Source of the DNA: Bacteriovoracaceae bacterium
Lineage (GTDB): Bacteria; Bdellovibrionota; Bacteriovoracia; Bacteriovoracales; Bacteriovoracaceae
Length of the DNA stretch: 20,000 bases
Assembly: GCA_018649885.1 (NCBI GenBank)
Contig: JABIHA010000066.1
Coordinates: forward strand, 59,840 to 79,839
Direction of reading: 5' to 3'
Shown here: one piece after another, positions 16,950-20,000 of the stretch
How the letters are laid out: each line of letters opens with the position of its first letter
Position numbering within the stretch: position 1 is the first letter of the stretch
Program-made: the position numbers and the translations under genes
Notes under the pieces: model-generated
Seen by the model: the letters and a program-made list of their open reading frames with translations, nothing else
The model's database searches: none
Told to the model about the DNA's origin: nothing

Positions 16950-18111
16950 CTTCATGATACTTCCCCTTAGGCAAAAAATAATATAGGCGAGCAAGCTCTT
17001 TCAAAGGACCTGCAACATTACCTGCCTCCAGTCCTTCTCCAACATAGAGATCAACTCTTCCTCCACCTCGAATTCCACCACCCTTATCTTGGTCGAAAAC
17101 AAATCGTGAAGGCATTTTGAAGTCCTGATCAAATTCGAGATAAGCGAGTGCCCCTTTGGGAAAAAACCGATCATCGGTGGCGATAACCAGTCCAGGCTCT
17201 ACCCTTGTTCCAAAATAAGTTCGAGGTAAACCTTCGTTGATAGAGAAAAAGACATAACTTGGATTTTTAATAAGTACATCTTGCAATTCATTTGGCCTTA
17301 AGCTCCGAAGATGGTTTTTAATTCTATCCATAGACATTTCTTCTATTGGAATCACATCTAAAAGATCTTTTCCAATAGCGTGGTATTTATGACCGTTTTG
17401 CTGGTCATAATGCAAGTAAATAGTTTCACCTTTATTTAATTTGACTCCACCAGAGCCTTGTATCTGCATAAAGAAGGCCTCAATAGGGTCTACGTAAGCC
17501 AGCTCTAATTTTTTACTTCCAAGTGCCCCTTGGTAATCAATTTCCTCTCGACTATAATACGGAACGACAATCTTTTCTTGAAGCCGACCGACAAATTGCC
17601 CGATCTTTCTCTCATCAGACAACAATTCAAAAGCTTCAAATCTTTCGTAATATTTATTGAGCTTAATAGTGACAAGATCTTCTGGAGTTTTTAAAAGGGC
17701 AGTTGAATACAGCTCACCTTTTTCTTTAGACCCATCGATTACAGGAGTATAGTAGCCAGTAACCAGGACCTCTCCTTTTCTATCTTTTCCATATACTTCA
17801 AGAACATCGAATTTTTCTTTTACCACTTTTTCAAATTCAGCTTGGCTTAAATCTAAATGTAATAGCTTCTTAAAATCTAGAAGGGAGTTAATATAGACGG
17901 CCCTATCAACCTGGTATTTTCCAAACCTTAAGGTTTGAGACCTTAATTCAAGTTGATCAATATTTTTATCGATCACACTTTTTAGACGGCCTCGGTTGAG
18001 TACTGAAAATTTTCTGGGGCCTTTAGAGGGAGAAAATGTGTCCGTGATTTCTTTTAGAGGGGCCCTGGCGCATGAGTATAGGAGAATTGGGAGGAGGATT
18101 AGTAATTTCAT
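16942..18111 (-). CDS. mltA: Membrane-bound lytic murein transglycosylase A (MltA/3D domain), lipoprotein
   Basis: Lipobox LLYSC; TGYYTP, FFMQIQGSG, NGHKY, NPSYVFF, IATD and QDKGGGIRGGGRVDLYVG. Confidence 0.92.
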   Translation of the reverse strand: MKLLILLPILLYSCARAPLKEITDTFSPSKGPRKFSVLNRGRLKSVIDKNIDQLELRSQTLRFGKYQVDRAVYINSLLDFKKLLHLDLSQAEFEKVVKEKFDVLEVYGKDRKGEVLVTGYYTPVIDGSKEKGELYSTALLKTPEDLVTIKLNKYYERFEAFELLSDERKIGQFVGRLQEKIVVPYYSREEIDYQGALGSKKLELAYVDPIEAFFMQIQGSGGVKLNKGETIYLHYDQQNGHKYHAIGKDLLDVIPIEEMSMDRIKNHLRSLRPNELQDVLIKNPSYVFFSINEGLPRTYFGTRVEPGLVIATDDRFFPKGALAYLEFDQDFKMPSRFVFDQDKGGGIRGGGRVDLYVGEGLEAGNVAGPLKELARLYYFLPKGKYHEVN

Positions 18112-18131
18112 GGGGATATTGTCTCTTTAAA

Positions 18132-18159
18132 ATTGTAGCACGTCACTTTTTACCATCAA
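18132..18159 (-). promoter_or_regulatory. Sigma70 promoter for mltA (extended -10)
   Basis: Minus strand TTGATG-N16-TACAAT with TGn before the -10, which ends 20 nt upstream of the ATG. Confidence 0.55.
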
Positions 18160-18560
18160 ATGCACAAAGCTCCCTTATATAGCGAGGTGGCTTGGGCTTT
18201 GCGTAGATGGTGCTTGCTTTGACTTACTCCTACTCAAACTATGATCGCTACTTTATATGAAGTGAAAGGCATTTGATCTAAAAGAGTAGTTGATGGAAAT
18301 AGTGGGGAATTTGAGCTAAGAGCTATCACTCTACCGCCCGACCTTCGGCGGTTGGATTGCTCGCAACTACCGTTGCTCCTAGAGCAAAACAAAAAACGGT
18401 TCTCCATTTATGGGCCTTAGGGTGCCCGACCAGGGCCCTAAAAAAGTAAAGAATTACTACAAGCTATTTGAAGGAAATTCTATAGCTCACTATTCTTTAA
18501 TAAACTTAGTAGGATCCTCTGAAGAACTAACTCCATCACTCCTTTGATTTATTTTGGAGT
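18152..18560. other. Cluster of consecutive stem-loops (candidate structured RNA or repeat element)
   Basis: Complementary arms at 18152-18211, 18230-18289, 18333-18355, 18357-18400, 18412-18441, 18447-18499 and 18530-18560. Confidence 0.4.
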
Positions 18561-18616
18561 CTAAGGTTTTTTTCTGAGAAAGAACTCCTCGAAAATTGTC
18601 AAAACTTTCAAGGCGC

Positions 18617-18638
18617 ACTTTTATCCTACTTTTATCCT
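18617..18638. repeat. Perfect tandem 11-bp direct repeat
   Basis: ACTTTTATCCT at 18617-18627 and 18628-18638. Confidence 0.7.
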
Positions 18639-18782
18639 CTTACCACGACACAGTAGAGGCTCAACCAGTAACTTCATATGCCCCAAAAAAATAAAATTCA
18701 CCCATAAAAGAGAAATGAATCTCTAATGCTGTGATGAAAAAAATCGACAAGGAGGTGTTAATAACTTTCATGAGGAATTTTT

Positions 18783-20000
18783 ATGAATACAGTATTTCGC
18801 TCTCTAATCTCTTTTGGTGCGCTCTTATTATTTTGGGGATGTAATCCCGGACCGCCCAATATATCTATCAAAATTACTGAAGGAGAATACACCAATAAAT
18901 ATCTTGTCAGTGCAAAAATTTATTGGGGTAGTTATGAACCGACCCAGATGAAGGTCTCTTCCAATAAATCGTGTTCGGGTGGTAGTTGGCGTTCAGCCAG
19001 CAGTTCTTTTACTCACACTTTAAGTGGAAGCGATGGTATAAAATACATTTCGGTTTTACTAAAAGATAAGGATGGGGAGAGCACAAATTGTGCCAGTGAA
19101 GGAATTACCCTTGATAGTAACTCTCCAAGTGGCGATATTGAATTCAACTCACCACAACCGGTATCCAGCAGAACGGTAAGCTTTGATCTTAGTTATCAAG
19201 ATAATTTGGGAGTCAGTCAGATGTCTTTAATGGAGTCATCTAATTGTAAAACGACAAACTGGGAAAATGTAAAAAATAAAAAAACCATTACTCTGTCAAA
19301 GGGTAACGGTATGAAAGATGTCTCCATAATTTATCGTGACAAGGCCTTTAACCAATCTCCTTGTTATACAGTTAGCATCAATTTAGTAGAAAATACTGAT
19401 TTAATTTTGGGGCAACTTCATGTTGAAGGTACTCTTATTAAAGATAGTGCCGGGAATACCGTCACCTTGAGAGGTGTGAATATCGCTGATCCACAACACC
19501 TCGATAACAAACCTTGGGAGAGACCAGGAGTGAGTGCAAGAATAGTTGCTGAAAATGCCATTGAGAATTTTAATGTTAATGTCATTAGAGTTCCCATTCA
19601 TCCAGGTGAATCAAATTATCCAGATGAGGGGTGGTTTAGCCCCAAAAATGGAAGGCAAAAATACTTTGACAACCATATTGTCGACTTAGTGGACTACATC
19701 ACAGGCCTTGGTGTTTATGTAATAATAGATCTTCACTATATTTCGGATTATTCCAACCTGCAGGATGAGGTCTTAGAGTTTTGGGAGTTTATGGCGCCTA
19801 AATATGCAGATAACCCCTTCGTAATTTACGAGATCTTTAATGAACCGATTTACCCCGACAACTGGAATACTTGGAAAAATACTATCGCTCAGCCCGCCGT
19901 TGACCTCATTAGGTCTTACGCGCCCGACACGCTTATCATTGTGGGAGGGCCCTACTGGAGTTCTCATATGTCTGGGGCGGCCACTAATCCAGTCAGTGGG
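18783..20000 (+). CDS. Glycoside hydrolase family 5 (cellulase-like) lipoprotein with two N-terminal tandem beta-rich modules; 3' end outside the window
   Basis: Hand translation gives 406 open codons to the window end. Signal MNTVFRSLISFGALLLFWG-C; GAGGA SD; GH5 motifs LHVEGTLIKDSAGNTVTLRGVN, VIRVPIH, YVIIDLH and YEIFNEP (acid/base Glu codon 19842-44). Confidence 0.9.
   Translation, partial: MNTVFRSLISFGALLLFWGCNPGPPNISIKITEGEYTNKYLVSAKIYWGSYEPTQMKVSSNKSCSGGSWRSASSSFTHTLSGSDGIKYISVLLKDKDGESTNCASEGITLDSNSPSGDIEFNSPQPVSSRTVSFDLSYQDNLGVSQMSLMESSNCKTTNWENVKNKKTITLSKGNGMKDVSIIYRDKAFNQSPCYTVSINLVENTDLILGQLHVEGTLIKDSAGNTVTLRGVNIADPQHLDNKPWERPGVSARIVAENAIENFNVNVIRVPIHPGESNYPDEGWFSPKNGRQKYFDNHIVDLVDYITGLGVYVIIDLHYISDYSNLQDEVLEFWEFMAPKYADNPFVIYEIFNEPIYPDNWNTWKNTIAQPAVDLIRSYAPDTLIIVGGPYWSSHMSGAATNPVSG

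Noticed and set aside
18150..18230. Minus-strand ACGCAAAGCC resembling the c-di-GMP-I riboswitch, and plus-strand CTTATATAGCGAGGTGG resembling the SAM-I 5' end
   Set aside because: No GGCAAACC/GAAA-tetraloop stem for c-di-GMP-I; no kink-turn/pseudoknot segment, GCAACC or closing P1 strand for SAM-I.
18410..18547. 45-codon plus-strand ORF (MGLRVPDQGPKK...)
   Set aside because: No SD, the start is buried in a GC hairpin and no motif is recognisable; likely incidental.
218..19967. Short ORF-track entries lying antisense to or inside real genes (218-412, 720-938, 2001-2204, 3567-3767, 4785-4967, 5756-5965, 6668-6988, 8211-8558, 8530-8763, 9862-10116, 10932-11174, 14136-14351, 14506-14688, 14987-15190, 15724-15921, 19401-19601, 19773-19967)
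   Set aside because: Shadow frames of well-supported CDSs with no recognisable motifs; the last two are antisense to the GH5 gene.
1..20000. CRISPR array, tRNA/rRNA, prophage, transposase, defence or toxin-antitoxin genes
   Set aside because: No regularly spaced repeats, cloverleaf or rRNA signatures, or matching protein motifs were seen.

Overview
An AT-rich bacterial chromosomal segment of mostly stand-alone genes. It carries housekeeping genes (pyrC-type dihydroorotase, hemB, acs, mltA) and many hydrolases: an EEP-family phosphoesterase, a penicillin-acylase-family Ntn hydrolase, an alpha/beta esterase and an S9 peptidase lipoprotein. It also has a DUF1295 membrane protein, a DUF938 methyltransferase, a DUF4097-like protein, an orphan response regulator and three exported hypothetical proteins. 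The gene mix suggests a Bdellovibrionota (Bacteriovoracales-like) host; this is inference only. I see no tRNA, rRNA, CRISPR array, transposase, integrase or defence gene, and I cannot support a complete novel multi-gene system. Best leads: (1) a lipoprotein GH5 glycoside hydrolase with two tandem Cys-paired modules, missing from the ORF track because it runs off the window (18783->20000); (2) a 25-codon small ORF overlapping an 18-bp long-range stem with an anti-SD and T-tract, just upstream of pyrC; (3) a ~410-nt run of hairpins between mltA and the GH5 gene; (4) a SemiSWEET/PQ-loop-like protein fused to a zinc ribbon.
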